From positions 2,385 to 66,384 of the forward strand of contig NZ_JAUXMX010000034.1 of the NCBI RefSeq assembly GCF_030683065.1: 64,000 nt of DNA. The letters are read 5' to 3'. A program made the position numbers and the translations under genes. The DNA is from Pseudomonas sp. GTDB taxonomy: Bacteria; Pseudomonadota; Gammaproteobacteria; Pseudomonadales; Pseudomonadaceae. Each line of letters begins with the position of its first letter. Position 1 is the first letter of the stretch. Below the pieces are notes generated by a model that saw only the letters and a program-made list of their open reading frames with translations, made no database searches and was not told the origin of the DNA. This document shows, piece by piece, positions 37,219 to 48,664 of the stretch.

Positions 37219-37298
37219 GTAGAATGGGTTGAGCGCAGCGATACCCATAAAGCGGCTGCGCTTCAGTGATGGGTATCGCGGTGCTCAACCTGGCCTAC
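37219..37298. repeat. inverted pair of REP-type units forming a roughly 25-bp-stem hairpin
   Basis: GTAGAATGGGTTGAGCGCAGCGATACCCAT (37219-37248) and its inverted copy ATGGGTATCGCGGTGCTCAACCTGGCCTAC (37269-37298). Same unit as at 15390-15420. Confidence 0.85.
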
Positions 37299-37329
37299 AA
37301 AACGTATGGCTTACAGCGTTTAGCTGCTG

Positions 37330-38364
37330 TTAATTGTGGGCGTGCAGCGCTTCGTTCAACTCAATCGCCGACTTGTGGGTTTTGCATTCCACTGCGCCGG
37401 TCTGCGAGTTGCGGCGGAACAGCAGGTCAGGCTGGCCAGCCAGTTCGCGGGCCTTGACTACCTTGACCAACTCGCCTTTGTCGTCGAGCAGGGCCACCTT
37501 GGTGCCGGCGGTGATGTACAGGCCGGACTCCACGGTATTGCGGTCGCCCAGGGGGATACCGATGCCGGCGTTGGCGCCGATCAGGCAGCCTTCACCCACG
37601 GAAATCACCAGGTTGCCGCCACCGGACAGGGTGCCCATGGTCGAGCAGCCGCCGCCCAGGTCCGAACCCTTGCCGACGAATACCCCGGCGGAGACGCGGC
37701 CTTCGATCATGCCCGGGCCTGCGGTGCCGGCATTGAAGTTGACGAAACCTTCGTGCATCACAGTGGTGCCTTCACCTACGTAAGCGCCCAGGCGAATGCG
37801 CGCGGTATCGGCGATGCGCACGCCGCTTGGTACCACGTAGTCGGTCATTTTCGGGAACTTGTCTACCGAGAAGACTTCCAGCAGTTCGCTGCGCAGGCGT
37901 GCTTCCAGTTGCCGTCCGGGCAGTTCGCTGAGGTCGATGGCGCCCTGGCTGGTCCAGGCTACGTTGGGCAGCAATGGGAAAATACCGGTCAGGTTCAGGC
38001 CATGCGGCTTGACCAGGCGATGCGACAGCAGGTGCAGCTTGAGGTAGGCCTCGGGTGTGCTGCTCAGGGGAAGGTCGTCTTGGATGAAGGTGGCGACCAG
38101 TGGCTGATGGCTTTCCGCCAGACGCGTGAGCAGGGCGGCCTGGACGGTATCGATAGCTTTCAAGGCTTCGGCCAGATCGCCGGCTTGCTGGGTGGTGAAG
38201 CTGATCGCCTGGTTGCCGCCGCTATAACCCAGTTTCTCCGCCGCTTTGGCCACCAGTTCGGCCGCAGGGTTGAGCATTGGCTGGGCATAGAAGACTTCCA
38301 ACCAGTTACTTTGACGGTTTTGTGTGCCAACGCCGAAGGCCAGGCTGAAGAGGGACATGGTCAT
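37330..38364 (-). CDS. dapD: tetrahydrodipicolinate N-succinyltransferase
   Basis: 344-aa long-form DapD with hexapeptide-repeat C-terminal domain. Confidence 0.92.
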   Translation of the reverse strand: MTMSLFSLAFGVGTQNRQSNWLEVFYAQPMLNPAAELVAKAAEKLGYSGGNQAISFTTQQAGDLAEALKAIDTVQAALLTRLAESHQPLVATFIQDDLPLSSTPEAYLKLHLLSHRLVKPHGLNLTGIFPLLPNVAWTSQGAIDLSELPGRQLEARLRSELLEVFSVDKFPKMTDYVVPSGVRIADTARIRLGAYVGEGTTVMHEGFVNFNAGTAGPGMIEGRVSAGVFVGKGSDLGGGCSTMGTLSGGGNLVISVGEGCLIGANAGIGIPLGDRNTVESGLYITAGTKVALLDDKGELVKVVKARELAGQPDLLFRRNSQTGAVECKTHKSAIELNEALHAHN

Positions 38365-38398
38365 GTTGCTTTCCTTAACGCGAATTCAAGTAGGGTGT

Positions 38399-38746
38399 TC
38401 AGGTCAGTTCAGCGGCATAGCGCTCGGGCTTGAAGCCAACCAGGGTCTGGTTGCCGAGATCAAGCACTGGGCGCTTGATCATCGACGGCTGAGCGAGCAT
38501 CAGCTCGATTGCCTTGTTCTGGTCGAGATCGGCTTTTTGCGCCTCGTCCAGTTTGCGGAAGGTGGTGCCCGCGCGGTTGAGAATTATTTCCCAGCCATGC
38601 TCGTTGCACCACTTATCCAGGTTCTCACGGTCGATACCAACGGTTTTGTAATCATGAAATACGTAGCTTACCCCGTGCTCGTCGAGCCAGGCGCGGGCTT
38701 TTTTCATGGTGTCGCAGGCTTTTATGCCAAACAGGGTCTTGCTCAT
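38399..38746 (-). CDS. ArsC/Spx-family reductase-like protein
   Basis: Start at MSKTLFGIKACDTMKKA (ATG 38746), which forms an ATGA overlap with the dapC stop. 115 aa. Confidence 0.8.
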   Translation of the reverse strand: MSKTLFGIKACDTMKKARAWLDEHGVSYVFHDYKTVGIDRENLDKWCNEHGWEIILNRAGTTFRKLDEAQKADLDQNKAIELMLAQPSMIKRPVLDLGNQTLVGFKPERYAAELT

Positions 38747-39942
38747 CAGAGGCTCTTCACAAAGTCGCGGATACGTTCGGCAGCTGCCACACACTCGGCC
38801 AGTGGCGCGACCAGGGCCATGCGTATGCGTCCTGCGCCTGGGTTGTTGCCGTCCACGGCGCGCGACAGGTAGGAGCCGGGCACCACGGTGACATGCTCGC
38901 GGGCAAACAGCTCGCGGGTAAATGTTTCATCGTCTATCGGCGTTTTCGCCCACAAGTAAAAGCCACCATCCGGACGCTGCACGTCCAGCACGCCGTCGAG
39001 AATAGCCAGCACAGCGTCGAACTTCTCGCGGTACAGCTCGCGGTTGGCTTTAACGTGCTGCTCATCATTCCAGGCGGCAATACTGGCCAGCTGGGTTTGC
39101 ACCGGCATGGCGCAGCCGTGGTAGGTACGGTACAGCAGGAAAGATTTCAAAATGTCGGCGTCGCCGGCGACAAAGCCCGAGCGCAGGCCCGGCAGGTTGG
39201 AGCGCTTGGACAGGCTGTGGAACACCACGCAGCGCGCAAAGTCGCTGCGGCCCAGTTCGGCGCAGGCGGTCAGCAGGCCGGCGGGTGGGTTCAGTTCGTC
39301 GAAATACAGCTCGCTGTAGCACTCGTCGGCAGCGATCACGAAGTCGAATTTATCAGCCAGGGCGATCAGCTTCTTCAGGGTTTCGAGCGGGATCAGTGCG
39401 CCGGTCGGATTGCCTGGCGAGCAGAGGAAGAGAATCTGGCAGCGCTGCCAGACATCGCTGCTGACGGCGTCGAAGTCCGGATTAAAGCCGTGCTCCTCCA
39501 GGCATGCCAGGTAGTGCGGCTGGGCACCCGCGAGCAGGGTCGCGCCTTCGTAGATCTGATAGAACGGATTGGGGCTGACCACCAGGCCGTCAATGTCACG
39601 CTGCACCACGGTCTGGGTAAAGGCGAACAGCGCTTCGCGCGTGCCGTTGACCGGCAATACATGGCGCGCGGGGTCGAGCATGCCGGTCGGCAGGTTGAAG
39701 CGTCGGCTGCACCAGGCGGCGATCGCTTCACGCAGTTCGGCTATACCCAAGGTGCTGGGGTATACCGCCAGTTTCTCCAGATTGGCGCTGAGCGCCTCGG
39801 CAACGAACACTGGTGAGCGATGCTTGGGTTCGCCGATCGACAGGGCAATAGCCGGCATGTCGTTGGGTGGTTGAACGCCTGCGAGCAAAACGCGGAGCTT
39901 TTCGAAGGGGTAGGGCTGCAGCTGGTTCAATGCATCGTTCAT
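38746..39942 (-). CDS. dapC: succinyldiaminopimelate transaminase (class I aminotransferase)
   Basis: 398 aa. PLP aminotransferase fold (SLSKRSNLPGLR Lys motif). Its position between glnD and dapD matches my memory of pseudomonads. Confidence 0.8.
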   Translation of the reverse strand: MNDALNQLQPYPFEKLRVLLAGVQPPNDMPAIALSIGEPKHRSPVFVAEALSANLEKLAVYPSTLGIAELREAIAAWCSRRFNLPTGMLDPARHVLPVNGTREALFAFTQTVVQRDIDGLVVSPNPFYQIYEGATLLAGAQPHYLACLEEHGFNPDFDAVSSDVWQRCQILFLCSPGNPTGALIPLETLKKLIALADKFDFVIAADECYSELYFDELNPPAGLLTACAELGRSDFARCVVFHSLSKRSNLPGLRSGFVAGDADILKSFLLYRTYHGCAMPVQTQLASIAAWNDEQHVKANRELYREKFDAVLAILDGVLDVQRPDGGFYLWAKTPIDDETFTRELFAREHVTVVPGSYLSRAVDGNNPGAGRIRMALVAPLAECVAAAERIRDFVKSL

Positions 39943-39999
39943 GTGTCTGTCCTGGGGGCTACTCGCGGCAGCCGCACGAGGGGCTTGCCGCTGTCTTGA

Positions 40000-42702
40000 T
40001 CAAATAGTTATCCGACTTGGCTCTGTGGTTTGCCCGTTGGCGTCCGAGAGTTGTTCGATGATGGTTTCCTGCAACCGCTGGCACAGTTCGGGGTCGGACA
40101 GCGGCTGATTATTGGCGTCGGTGACGAAGAACACGTCTTCCACCCGTTCGCCGAGGGTGGCGATCTTGGCATTTTGCAGTGACAGGTCGAAGTCGAGAAA
40201 GATCCGTCCGACTCTCGCCAGCAGGCCCGGGCGGTCGGGGGCGGTCAATTCGAGAATGGTCACCGGCCGCTGCGCGTCGTTGTGGATGGTCACCCGCGGC
40301 GCGAAGGCAAAATGTTTGAGCTGACGTGGTACCCGGCGCTGGATGATGTTCGGGTACTCGTCGGGGTTCTTCAGTGCGTCGATCAGGTCCTGGCGAATTT
40401 GTTTGATCCGCGCGGGGTTTTCGCCAATCGAGCCGCCTTCTGCCTCCAGCACGATATAGGTGTCGAGGGTGAACTTGCTGGTCGAGGTGAGGATTCGTGC
40501 GTCATGGATGTTCAGGTTGAGCTGGGCCATGGTGGCCACGGTCACTGCGAAGAAGTCGTGCTGGTCGGCGGCGTAGATAAAGATCTGCGTACCACCCTCG
40601 AATTCGCGCTGGGTGGTCTCCTTGATCAGTACCAGTGGATTGCCATCGTTGGGGTGCTGCAGGATGGCTTCGGCATGCCAGGCCACATCGCCAGCGGTGT
40701 GACGCAGGAAATAGTCATCGCCAAGCTGCGACCACAGTTGTTCGGCCTCGTCCGGGTCGGTACCGCCGCGCACCAGAATGTCCAGTGCGGCGCCCTGGGT
40801 CAGGCGAATCTGTTCTTCGCGGTCCAGCGGGTTTTCCAGGCCGCGGTTGAGGGCGCGCTTGGTTTCGGTGTAGAGCTGGCGCAGCAGGCTGGCGCGCCAG
40901 GAGTTCCACAGGCTGGGGTTGGTGGCGTTGATATCGGCCACTGTCAGCACGTAGAGGTAGTCCAGGCGCGTCTGGTCGCCGACCAGGCGAGCAAAATCGA
41001 AGATCACCTGCGGGTCGGACAAGTCCTTGCGTTGGGCGGTGGTCGACATCATCAGATGGTTCTGCACCAGCCAGACAATCAGTTTGCTGTCCCAGTTGGG
41101 CAGCTGATGGCGCACGCAGAAGGCTTCTGCGTCTACCGCGCCCAGCGCTGAGTGGTCGCCGCCGCGGCCCTTGCCAATGTCATGGTAAAGCCCGGCGAGG
41201 TAGATCAGTTCAGGCTTGGGCAGCTTGTCGATCAGCTTGCTGGCCAGGGGGAACTTCTCGGCCAATTCCGTCCATTTGAATTTGCGCAGGTACTTGATCA
41301 GGTTGAGGGTGTGCGCATCGACCGTATAGATGTGGAAAAGGTCGTGTTGCATCTGCCCGACAATATGCCCGAACTCGGGCAGGTAGCGGCCGAGAATACC
41401 GTAACGGTTCATTCGCCGCAGGTTACGGTGGATCCCCTGCGGTGTTTTGAACAACTCGATGAACAGGCTGGTATTGCGAATATCCTTGCGGAAATCATCG
41501 TCGATCAGGTGGCGGTGATCGCGCAGCAGGCGAATGCTGTCGGCGCATACACCTTTGATTTCGGGGTGCTGGGCCATCAGCACAAAGACTTCCAGAATGG
41601 CGAAAGGCGTGCGCTTGAATACGTTGGGGTGGGTGACTTCGATATAGCCATCACGCAGTTGGAAGCGGCTGTTCAGCGCCTGCGCCTGGCCACTTTGGCC
41701 GGCGCGAAGGATCTCTTCCTCGAAGTGCTGGTTGATCAGGTCGCTCAACTCGGCGATGCCCATCACCACACGGTAGTACTTCTGCATGAAGCGTTCGATC
41801 GCCAGTTTGGCGTCGCTGTCCTCATAGCCCAGCAGGCTGGCGATCTCGCGCTGGTGATCGAACAGCAGGCGGTCTTCGGCGCGACCGGCGAGCATGTGCA
41901 GGGCGTAACGGACCTTCCACAGAAATTCCTGGCTGGACACCAGGAGGGCGTATTCGCTTTCGAGGAGAAAGCCCTGGCCAACCATGGCGTGCAAATTCAA
42001 GGTGCCGAAATGCCGGCGGGCGACCCAGAGAATGGTCTGGATGTCGCGCAGGCCGCCTGGCGAGCCTTTGACGTTGGGTTCGAGGTTGTATTCAGTGTCG
42101 TTGTACTTGGCGTGACGAGCGCGCTGTTCTTTGCGCTTAGCCAGGTAGAAGTGCTTGCTCGGCCACATCTGCGCAGTGCTGGTGACATCCTGCATGCGCT
42201 GACGCAGGCGCTCGGGGCCGGCAATGGTACGGCTTTCCATCAGGTTAGTGACCACCGTCAGGTCGGCGCGTGCCTCTTCGGCGCATTCGTCGACCGAGCG
42301 CACGCTTTGCCCGACTTCCAGGCCGATGTCCCAAAGCAGGGTGAGGAAGCGTTCGATCGGTTCGCGGAAGGTTTCGTGGTCGGCGCTATCGAGCAGAACG
42401 AGCAAGTCGATATCCGAGTAAGGGTGCAGCTCGCCCCGGCCATAGCCGCCCACTGCAAGCAGGGCGATGTCCGCGTCGTCGCTCCACTCCAGGCGATCCC
42501 AGGCTTCACGCAGGATCTGGTCGGTGAACCAGGCGCGATCCTCGACCATTCGGCGTACCTCGCGGCCCTCTTTGAAGCGCGCGTCGAGCACCTCATGAGC
42601 GCGGCGGATAGCTTTCTTGAAGGCCGCGATAGGGCTGGCTTTCAGCGCCAGCTCGGCCTGGAATTGCCCGCGGTCGAACAGCTCGGGGTCTACCTGCGGC
42701 AT
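40000..42702 (-). CDS. glnD: bifunctional PII uridylyltransferase / uridylyl-removing enzyme
   Basis: 900 aa with nucleotidyltransferase, HD and two C-terminal ACT domains. Confidence 0.95.
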   Translation of the reverse strand: MPQVDPELFDRGQFQAELALKASPIAAFKKAIRRAHEVLDARFKEGREVRRMVEDRAWFTDQILREAWDRLEWSDDADIALLAVGGYGRGELHPYSDIDLLVLLDSADHETFREPIERFLTLLWDIGLEVGQSVRSVDECAEEARADLTVVTNLMESRTIAGPERLRQRMQDVTSTAQMWPSKHFYLAKRKEQRARHAKYNDTEYNLEPNVKGSPGGLRDIQTILWVARRHFGTLNLHAMVGQGFLLESEYALLVSSQEFLWKVRYALHMLAGRAEDRLLFDHQREIASLLGYEDSDAKLAIERFMQKYYRVVMGIAELSDLINQHFEEEILRAGQSGQAQALNSRFQLRDGYIEVTHPNVFKRTPFAILEVFVLMAQHPEIKGVCADSIRLLRDHRHLIDDDFRKDIRNTSLFIELFKTPQGIHRNLRRMNRYGILGRYLPEFGHIVGQMQHDLFHIYTVDAHTLNLIKYLRKFKWTELAEKFPLASKLIDKLPKPELIYLAGLYHDIGKGRGGDHSALGAVDAEAFCVRHQLPNWDSKLIVWLVQNHLMMSTTAQRKDLSDPQVIFDFARLVGDQTRLDYLYVLTVADINATNPSLWNSWRASLLRQLYTETKRALNRGLENPLDREEQIRLTQGAALDILVRGGTDPDEAEQLWSQLGDDYFLRHTAGDVAWHAEAILQHPNDGNPLVLIKETTQREFEGGTQIFIYAADQHDFFAVTVATMAQLNLNIHDARILTSTSKFTLDTYIVLEAEGGSIGENPARIKQIRQDLIDALKNPDEYPNIIQRRVPRQLKHFAFAPRVTIHNDAQRPVTILELTAPDRPGLLARVGRIFLDFDLSLQNAKIATLGERVEDVFFVTDANNQPLSDPELCQRLQETIIEQLSDANGQTTEPSRITI

Positions 42703-42750
42703 GCGGCTGTCTTCCTTTATGTGGGCGTCGGTATGTACGCGCGTCGTTAA

Positions 42751-43533
42751 TCAGGCCGAGGTGCGGGGGATGGTGTCGTCGCTGCGCAAGGTGAATATCT
42801 CGTAACCATCGCTGGTAACCAGGATGGTGTGCTCCCACTGTGCCGAGAGCTTGCGGTCCTTGGTGATTGCGGTCCAGCCGTCACCCAAGGTGCGGGTTTC
42901 CGCTCGGCCCTGGTTGATCATTGGCTCAATGGTGAAGGTCATGCCTTCCTTGAGCTCCATGCCGGTGCCAGCGCGACCGTAATGCAGCACCTGCGGCTCT
43001 TCGTGGAACACTGCGCCGATGCCATGGCCGCAGTACTCACGCACCACCGAGAAGCCATTTTTTTCTGCGTGCTTCTGGATCACTTCACCGATGTCGCCAA
43101 GGCGGGCGCCGGGGCGCACCAGTTCGATACCTTTATACATGCACTCTTGGGTGATCTTGGCCAGGCGCTCGGCCCACTCTGGGACTTTGCCGACCATGAA
43201 CATCTTGCTCGTGTCACCGTGGTAGCCGTCCTTGATCACAGTGATGTCGATGTTCAGCACGTCGCCTTCTTTGAGTGGCTTCTCGTTAGGGATGCCGTGG
43301 CAGACCACGTGGTTGATCGAGGTGCAGATCGACTTGGGGAAGCCTTTGTAGTTAAGCGGGGCAGGGATGGCCTGCTGCACATTGACGATGTAGTCATGGC
43401 AGATACGGTCAAGCTCTTCAGTGGTGACGCCGGGCTTGACGTGCTCGCCGATCATTTCCAGTACGTCGGCAGCCAGGCGGCCGGCTACGCGCATTTTCTC
43501 GATTTCATCGGGCGTCTTGATAGTGACGGTCAT
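42751..43533 (-). CDS. map: type I methionine aminopeptidase
   Basis: 260 aa with canonical MetAP metal-ligand motifs. Confidence 0.95.
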   Translation of the reverse strand: MTVTIKTPDEIEKMRVAGRLAADVLEMIGEHVKPGVTTEELDRICHDYIVNVQQAIPAPLNYKGFPKSICTSINHVVCHGIPNEKPLKEGDVLNIDITVIKDGYHGDTSKMFMVGKVPEWAERLAKITQECMYKGIELVRPGARLGDIGEVIQKHAEKNGFSVVREYCGHGIGAVFHEEPQVLHYGRAGTGMELKEGMTFTIEPMINQGRAETRTLGDGWTAITKDRKLSAQWEHTILVTSDGYEIFTLRSDDTIPRTSA

Positions 43534-43806
43534 ATAAGCTCTCGGGCACAGACTGAAAAGATGCCCATGTTAGCAGCTTCAGGCTGCAAGCCATAAGCCG
43601 CCTGCGGTGTGGCATTGGCTTTCAGTTTGATGCGTGTAGCTTACCGCCAACTTTTATGGTATAAAACGCGCCGCTTTGCGGGCTGTATGCCTGAAAGCTT
43701 TAATCCACACACGCATCGACACGATTTCCTGGGTGCCTTACGCCACGTGCGAATGGTTGGAGATTGGGATGCGTGGAGGCCTAACCCGACTTATCAAGGA
43801 ACTATC

Positions 43807-44550
43807 ATGTCCCAAGTCAATATGCGCGATATGCTGAAGGCCGGTGTGCACTTCGGTCACCAGACCCGTTACTGGAACCCGAAAATGGGTAAGTACATTT
43901 TCGGTGCGCGTAACAAGATTCACATCATCAACCTTGAAAAAACCCTGCCAATGTTCAACGAAGCGCTGTCGTTCGTTGAGAAGCTGGCTACTGGCAAGAA
44001 CAAGATCCTGTTCGTCGGTACCAAGCGTTCCGCTGGCAAGATCGTTGCTCAAGAAGCCGCTCGTTGCGGTTCGCCGTTCGTCGACCATCGCTGGTTGGGC
44101 GGCATGCTGACCAACTACAAGACCATCCGCGCCTCGATCAAGCGTCTGCGTGATCTGGAAGTTCAGTCCCAGGACGGCACTTTCACCAAGCTGACCAAGA
44201 AAGAAGCCCTGATGCGTACCCGTGATCTGGAAAAACTGGATCGCAGTCTGGGTGGTATCAAGGACATGGGCGGTCTGCCGGACGCTCTGTTCGTTATCGA
44301 CGTTGACCACGAGCGCATTGCTATCACCGAAGCCAACAAGCTGGGTATCCCGGTTATTGGCATCGTCGATACCAACAGCAGCCCGGAAGGCGTTGACTAC
44401 ATCATCCCAGGTAACGACGACGCCATCCGCGCCATCCAGCTGTACATGGGTGCCATGGCTGACGCGGTAGTTCGCGGCCGTACCAACACTGGCGGCGGCA
44501 CCGACGAATTCGTCGAGCAGGCTCCTGCAGTTGAAGCGGCTCAGGGCTAA
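43807..44550 (+). CDS. rpsB: 30S ribosomal protein S2
   Basis: Start at [27 protein letters not shown] (ATG 43807). The track ORF extension upstream is leader sequence. Confidence 0.97.
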   Translation: MSQVNMRDMLKAGVHFGHQTRYWNPKMGKYIFGARNKIHIINLEKTLPMFNEALSFVEKLATGKNKILFVGTKRSAGKIVAQEAARCGSPFVDHRWLGGMLTNYKTIRASIKRLRDLEVQSQDGTFTKLTKKEALMRTRDLEKLDRSLGGIKDMGGLPDALFVIDVDHERIAITEANKLGIPVIGIVDTNSSPEGVDYIIPGNDDAIRAIQLYMGAMADAVVRGRTNTGGGTDEFVEQAPAVEAAQG

Positions 44551-44580
44551 GCGGTAAGCGTCAAGCGTTACTCGCTGCGC

Positions 44581-44606
44581 AAAAAGGGGGCTAGGCCCCC
44601 TTTTTG
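44581..44606 (+). terminator. rho-independent terminator/attenuator between rpsB and tsf
   Basis: AAAAAGGGGGC-TA-GCCCCCTTTTT: a GC stem flanked by an A-run and a T-run. Confidence 0.8.
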
Positions 44607-44727
44607 CCACGTTGAAAACCATTGTTGGCTGAGTAGTTGTTCATCGGGCCCAGGCAATGTGTTCCCAGAATTGATCGCCCGTTCAGGCGGGTGGAATGGT
44701 TAACAACCTATCCAAGAGGAATTTGAA

Positions 44728-45597
44728 ATGGCAGAGATTACTGCGGCATTAGTCAAGGAGCTGCGCGAGCGCACTGGCGAAGGCATGATGGATTGCAAAA
44801 AGGCCTTGACCAAGGCCGGCGGCGACATCGAAAAAGCCATTGATGACATGCGTGCTTCCGGCGCAATCAAAGCGGCCAAGAAGGCAGGCAACATTGCCGC
44901 CGAAGGCGCTATCGCAGTCAAGGTTGCCGAAGACGGCAAGTCGGCTGTGATTCTCGAAGTCAACTCGCAGACTGACTTCCTGGCTCTGCAGGACGATTTC
45001 AAGAACTTCGTTAACGAAAGCCTGGAAAAAGCCTTTGCTGACCAGTTGGCCGAAGCCGCGCCGCTGATTGCAGTGCGTGAAGAAGCGCGTCTGGCGCTGG
45101 TAGCTAAAGTAGGCGAGAACGTCAATATTCGCCGTTTGGCTCGTGCAGAAGGCGATGTAGTTGGTGCTTACCTGCACGGTAACAAGATTGGTGTGCTGGT
45201 TGTCCTGAAAGGCGGTGACGCTGATCTGGCTAGAGATATCGCCATGCACGTGGCTGCCAGCAACCCTGAGTTCCTGCTGCCTACGGAAGTTTCTGCTGAA
45301 GCGATCGAGCGCGAGAAAGCCGTGTTCATGAGCCTCAACGAAGACAAAATCAAGGGCAAGCCAGCTGAAATCGTCGAGAAGATGGTTGGCGGCCGTATCC
45401 AGAAGTTCCTCGCTGAAGCCAGTCTGGTTGAGCAAGCCTTCGTTAAGGATCCGGAAATCAAGGTCGGCGCTTTGGCCAAGAAAGGCGGCGCTGAAATCGT
45501 TTCCTTCACGCGTTTCCAGGTTGGTGAAGGCATCGAGAAGCCAGTGGATAACTTCGCTGAAGAAGTTGCCGCACAGCTGGCTGCCAGCAAGCAATAA
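44728..45597 (+). CDS. tsf: elongation factor Ts
   Basis: 289 aa. N-terminal MAEITAALVKELRERTGEGMMDCKKAL. Confidence 0.97.
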   Translation: MAEITAALVKELRERTGEGMMDCKKALTKAGGDIEKAIDDMRASGAIKAAKKAGNIAAEGAIAVKVAEDGKSAVILEVNSQTDFLALQDDFKNFVNESLEKAFADQLAEAAPLIAVREEARLALVAKVGENVNIRRLARAEGDVVGAYLHGNKIGVLVVLKGGDADLARDIAMHVAASNPEFLLPTEVSAEAIEREKAVFMSLNEDKIKGKPAEIVEKMVGGRIQKFLAEASLVEQAFVKDPEIKVGALAKKGGAEIVSFTRFQVGEGIEKPVDNFAEEVAAQLAASKQ

Positions 45598-45779
45598 GAC
45601 GCTTTGTTGCCCCGAAGAGGCTGCCCGCTTATGCGCGCGGCCTCTTTGTCAAAAAGGGCTATTGAGCTGTTTGGCACGCTGCGGTAGGCCTTGTGTAAAG
45701 GACTCCGGGTGATGTCAGTGGCTCGGCAAATACGTGCCGTGAGGCGCAAAGAATTCAAACGCCGCAGGAGAGACTGGTA

Positions 45780-46523
45780 ATGGCTCAGCAGGTGAGTGGT
45801 CGTCAACCGCGCTATAAGCGCATTCTGCTCAAACTCAGCGGCGAGGCCCTGATGGGGGCGGAAGATTTCGGCATCGACCCCAAGGTGCTTGATCGCATGG
45901 CCCTGGAAGTCGGGCAGTTGGTAGGGATCGGCGTACAAGTCGGCCTGGTCATTGGTGGTGGCAACCTGTTCCGTGGTGCTGCTCTCAGTGCGGCGGGCAT
46001 GGATCGGGTGACCGGCGACCACATGGGCATGCTGGCGACCGTGATGAACGCCCTGGCCATGCGCGATGCCTTGGAGCGTTCGAATATCCCGGCAATCGTG
46101 ATGTCAGCAATCTCCATGGTTGGCGTTACCGATCACTACGACCGCCGCAAAGCGCTGCGTCATCTGAAGACGGGTGAGGTGGTGATCTTTGCAGCAGGCA
46201 CCGGCAACCCATTCTTTACCACCGATTCGGCCGCCTGCCTGCGGGCCATCGAGACCGACGCCGACGTGGTGTTGAAAGCGACCAAGGTGGATGGGGTGTA
46301 CACCGCTGATCCGTTCAAAGATCCGCATGCGGAGAAATTTGACCGCCTGACTTACGATGAAGTACTGGATCGCAAGCTCGGTGTGATGGATCTCACGGCC
46401 ATTTGCTTGTGCCGCGATCACAAGATGCCGCTGCGCGTCTTCAATATGAATAAACCCGGTGCCCTGCTGAATATCGTGTTGGGCGGTGCCGAAGGTACTC
46501 TGATCGAGGAAGATGAAAAATGA
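45780..46523 (+). CDS. pyrH: UMP kinase
   Basis: 247 aa. [13 protein letters not shown] motif. Confidence 0.96.
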   Translation: MAQQVSGRQPRYKRILLKLSGEALMGAEDFGIDPKVLDRMALEVGQLVGIGVQVGLVIGGGNLFRGAALSAAGMDRVTGDHMGMLATVMNALAMRDALERSNIPAIVMSAISMVGVTDHYDRRKALRHLKTGEVVIFAAGTGNPFFTTDSAACLRAIETDADVVLKATKVDGVYTADPFKDPHAEKFDRLTYDEVLDRKLGVMDLTAICLCRDHKMPLRVFNMNKPGALLNIVLGGAEGTLIEEDEK

Positions 46524-47077
46524 TCAACGAGATCAAGAAAGATACCCAGGAACGCATGCAGAAGAGCCTGGAGTCGCTGATCCATGCCTTCAGTCGTATT
46601 CGCACTGGTCAGGCCCATCCAAGTATTCTGGGTGGCGTGATGGTGCCTTACTACGGCTCGGACACCCCGCTGAATCAGGTGGCCAATGTGACCGTTAAGG
46701 ATTCGCGGACCCTGCAGGTTGTGGCGTTCGAGCGCAACATGCTGGGTGCGGTCGATAAGGCGATCCAGAGTTCCGGTTTGGGCTTCAATCCAACCAACCT
46801 GGGTGAGTTGCTGCTGATTTCCATGCCGGCGCTGACCGAAGAAACCCGCAAGGGCTTCACCAAGCAGGCACGCGACGCCGCTGAAGATGGCCGTATTGCG
46901 GTGCGCAATATTCGCCGTGACGCCCTTAGCCAGTTGAAAGACCTGGTCAAAGAGAAAGAAATCAGCGAAGACGAAGAGCGTCGCGGCGCCGATGATATCC
47001 AGAAGCTGACTGACAAGTTCGTCGCGGAAATCGAAGTGGCTGTGAAGCAGAAAGAAGCGGATCTGATGGCCGTTTAG
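46520..47077 (+). CDS. frr: ribosome recycling factor
   Basis: 185 aa. ATGA overlap with the pyrH stop. Confidence 0.96.
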   Translation: MINEIKKDTQERMQKSLESLIHAFSRIRTGQAHPSILGGVMVPYYGSDTPLNQVANVTVKDSRTLQVVAFERNMLGAVDKAIQSSGLGFNPTNLGELLLISMPALTEETRKGFTKQARDAAEDGRIAVRNIRRDALSQLKDLVKEKEISEDEERRGADDIQKLTDKFVAEIEVAVKQKEADLMAV

Positions 47078-47093
47078 CGGTCAGGAGATCTTC

Positions 47094-47849
47094 ATGCACA
47101 AGTCTATAGACGGCCCTAAAGTGGCCGTGCCGCGTCACGTGGCGATCATCATGGACGGCAATAACCGCTGGGCGCGCAAGCGCCTGTTGCCGGGGGTTGC
47201 CGGGCACAAGGCCGGCGTCGACGCGGTGCGCGCGGTCATTGAAGTGTGTGCCGAAACCGGGGTCGAGGTGTTGACCCTGTTTGCCTTCTCTAGCGAGAAC
47301 TGGCAGCGCCCGGCTGATGAGGTGAGCGCGCTGATGGAGCTGTTCCTTGGCGCGCTACGTCGTGAGGCGAAGAAGCTCAACGAGAATGGCATCAGCTTGC
47401 GCATCATTGGCGATCGCTCGCGCTTCCATCCGGAACTGCAAGCCGCCATGCGTGAGGCAGAAGCGCTGACCTCTGGCGATAAGCGTTTTATCCTGCAGAT
47501 TGCTGCCAACTATGGCGGGCAGTGGGATATTGCGCAGGCAGCTCAGCGCCTGGCGCGTGAGGTTCAGGGTGGGCACTTGCGGCCTGAAGATATTACTCCC
47601 GGCCTGCTCCAGGGTTGTCTGGCGACGGGCGATTTGCCGCTGCCTGATTTGTGTATTCGTACCGGTGGCGAACACCGCATCAGTAATTTCCTGCTGTGGC
47701 AGTTGGCTTACAGCGAGCTGTATTTCTCTGATCTGTTCTGGCCGGATTTCAAGCACGACGCCATGCGCAAGGCCTTGGCGGACTTCGCCAGGCGTCAGCG
47801 GCGTTTTGGTCGGTCCGCTGAACAGATCGATGCCGAGGCGCGTGCCTGA
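47094..47849 (+). CDS. uppS: undecaprenyl diphosphate synthase
   Basis: 251 aa. HVAIIMDGNNRWA motif. Confidence 0.95.
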   Translation: MHKSIDGPKVAVPRHVAIIMDGNNRWARKRLLPGVAGHKAGVDAVRAVIEVCAETGVEVLTLFAFSSENWQRPADEVSALMELFLGALRREAKKLNENGISLRIIGDRSRFHPELQAAMREAEALTSGDKRFILQIAANYGGQWDIAQAAQRLAREVQGGHLRPEDITPGLLQGCLATGDLPLPDLCIRTGGEHRISNFLLWQLAYSELYFSDLFWPDFKHDAMRKALADFARRQRRFGRSAEQIDAEARA

Positions 47850-48664
47850 TGCTTAAGCAACGGATCATTACTGCGTTGGTGCTACTGCCCATCGCCTTGG
47901 CTGGGTTTTTCCTGCTGGATGGGGCGGCCTTTGCGCTGTTCATCGGCGCGGTGGTCAGTCTTGGCGCCTGGGAGTGGGCACGCCTGGCGGGCCTGACTAA
48001 TCAACCGCAGCGCGTTGCCTACGCCGCAGGGGTTGTTGCTCTGTTGTTCGGGCTCTATCACCTGCCGCTATTGGCGCCTTGGTTGCTGTTGCTTGCGGTC
48101 TTCTGGTGGCTGCTGGCGACTGTGCTGGTCATCAGTTATCCGGCCAGTAGCCGTCTTTGGGCCAAGCTGCCGGCCAGGCTGTTGATTGGTTTGTTGATCC
48201 TGCTACCTGCTTGGCAGGGCTTGGTGATGTTCAAGCAGTGGCCGTTGGCCAATGGCTTGATCCTGGCGGTGATGGTGCTGGTGTGGGGCGCCGATATCGG
48301 GGCTTACTTCACTGGCAAGGCCTTCGGCAAGCGCAAGCTGGCGCCACGAGTCAGTCCGGGGAAAAGCTGGGAGGGTGCGATGGGTGGGCTGCTGACTAGC
48401 TTGCTGATCACTCTGGCAGTCGGGCTCTTTAAGGGCTGGATGGCCAGTGACCTGCTCCTGGCGCTCGCCGGCGCGGCGCTGGTGGTGTCGATTTCCGTGG
48501 TCGGTGATCTGACCGAGAGCATGTTCAAGCGTCAGGCTGGGCTCAAGGACAGCAGTAATCTGCTGCCGGGGCATGGTGGTGTGCTTGATCGCATCGACAG
48601 CCTGACTGCTGCCATCCCGATGTTTGCAGCGCTGCTGTGGCTCGCCAATTGGGGTGCCCTGTGA
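47849..48664 (+). CDS. cdsA: phosphatidate cytidylyltransferase
   Basis: 271 aa, polytopic, with the CTP-transferase signature near the C-terminus. Confidence 0.93.
   Translation: MLKQRIITALVLLPIALAGFFLLDGAAFALFIGAVVSLGAWEWARLAGLTNQPQRVAYAAGVVALLFGLYHLPLLAPWLLLLAVFWWLLATVLVISYPASSRLWAKLPARLLIGLLILLPAWQGLVMFKQWPLANGLILAVMVLVWGADIGAYFTGKAFGKRKLAPRVSPGKSWEGAMGGLLTSLLITLAVGLFKGWMASDLLLALAGAALVVSISVVGDLTESMFKRQAGLKDSSNLLPGHGGVLDRIDSLTAAIPMFAALLWLANWGAL

Noticed and set aside
41152-42750. 532-codon plus-strand ORF antisense to glnD. Similar ORFs are 40282..41151, 10190..11497, 12550..13707, 34001..35500, 21299..22384 and 22824..23912.
   Set aside because: These are shadow ORFs opposite well-supported genes in GC-rich DNA. 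No recognisable domains, and low-complexity G/A/V/Q/H-rich translations.
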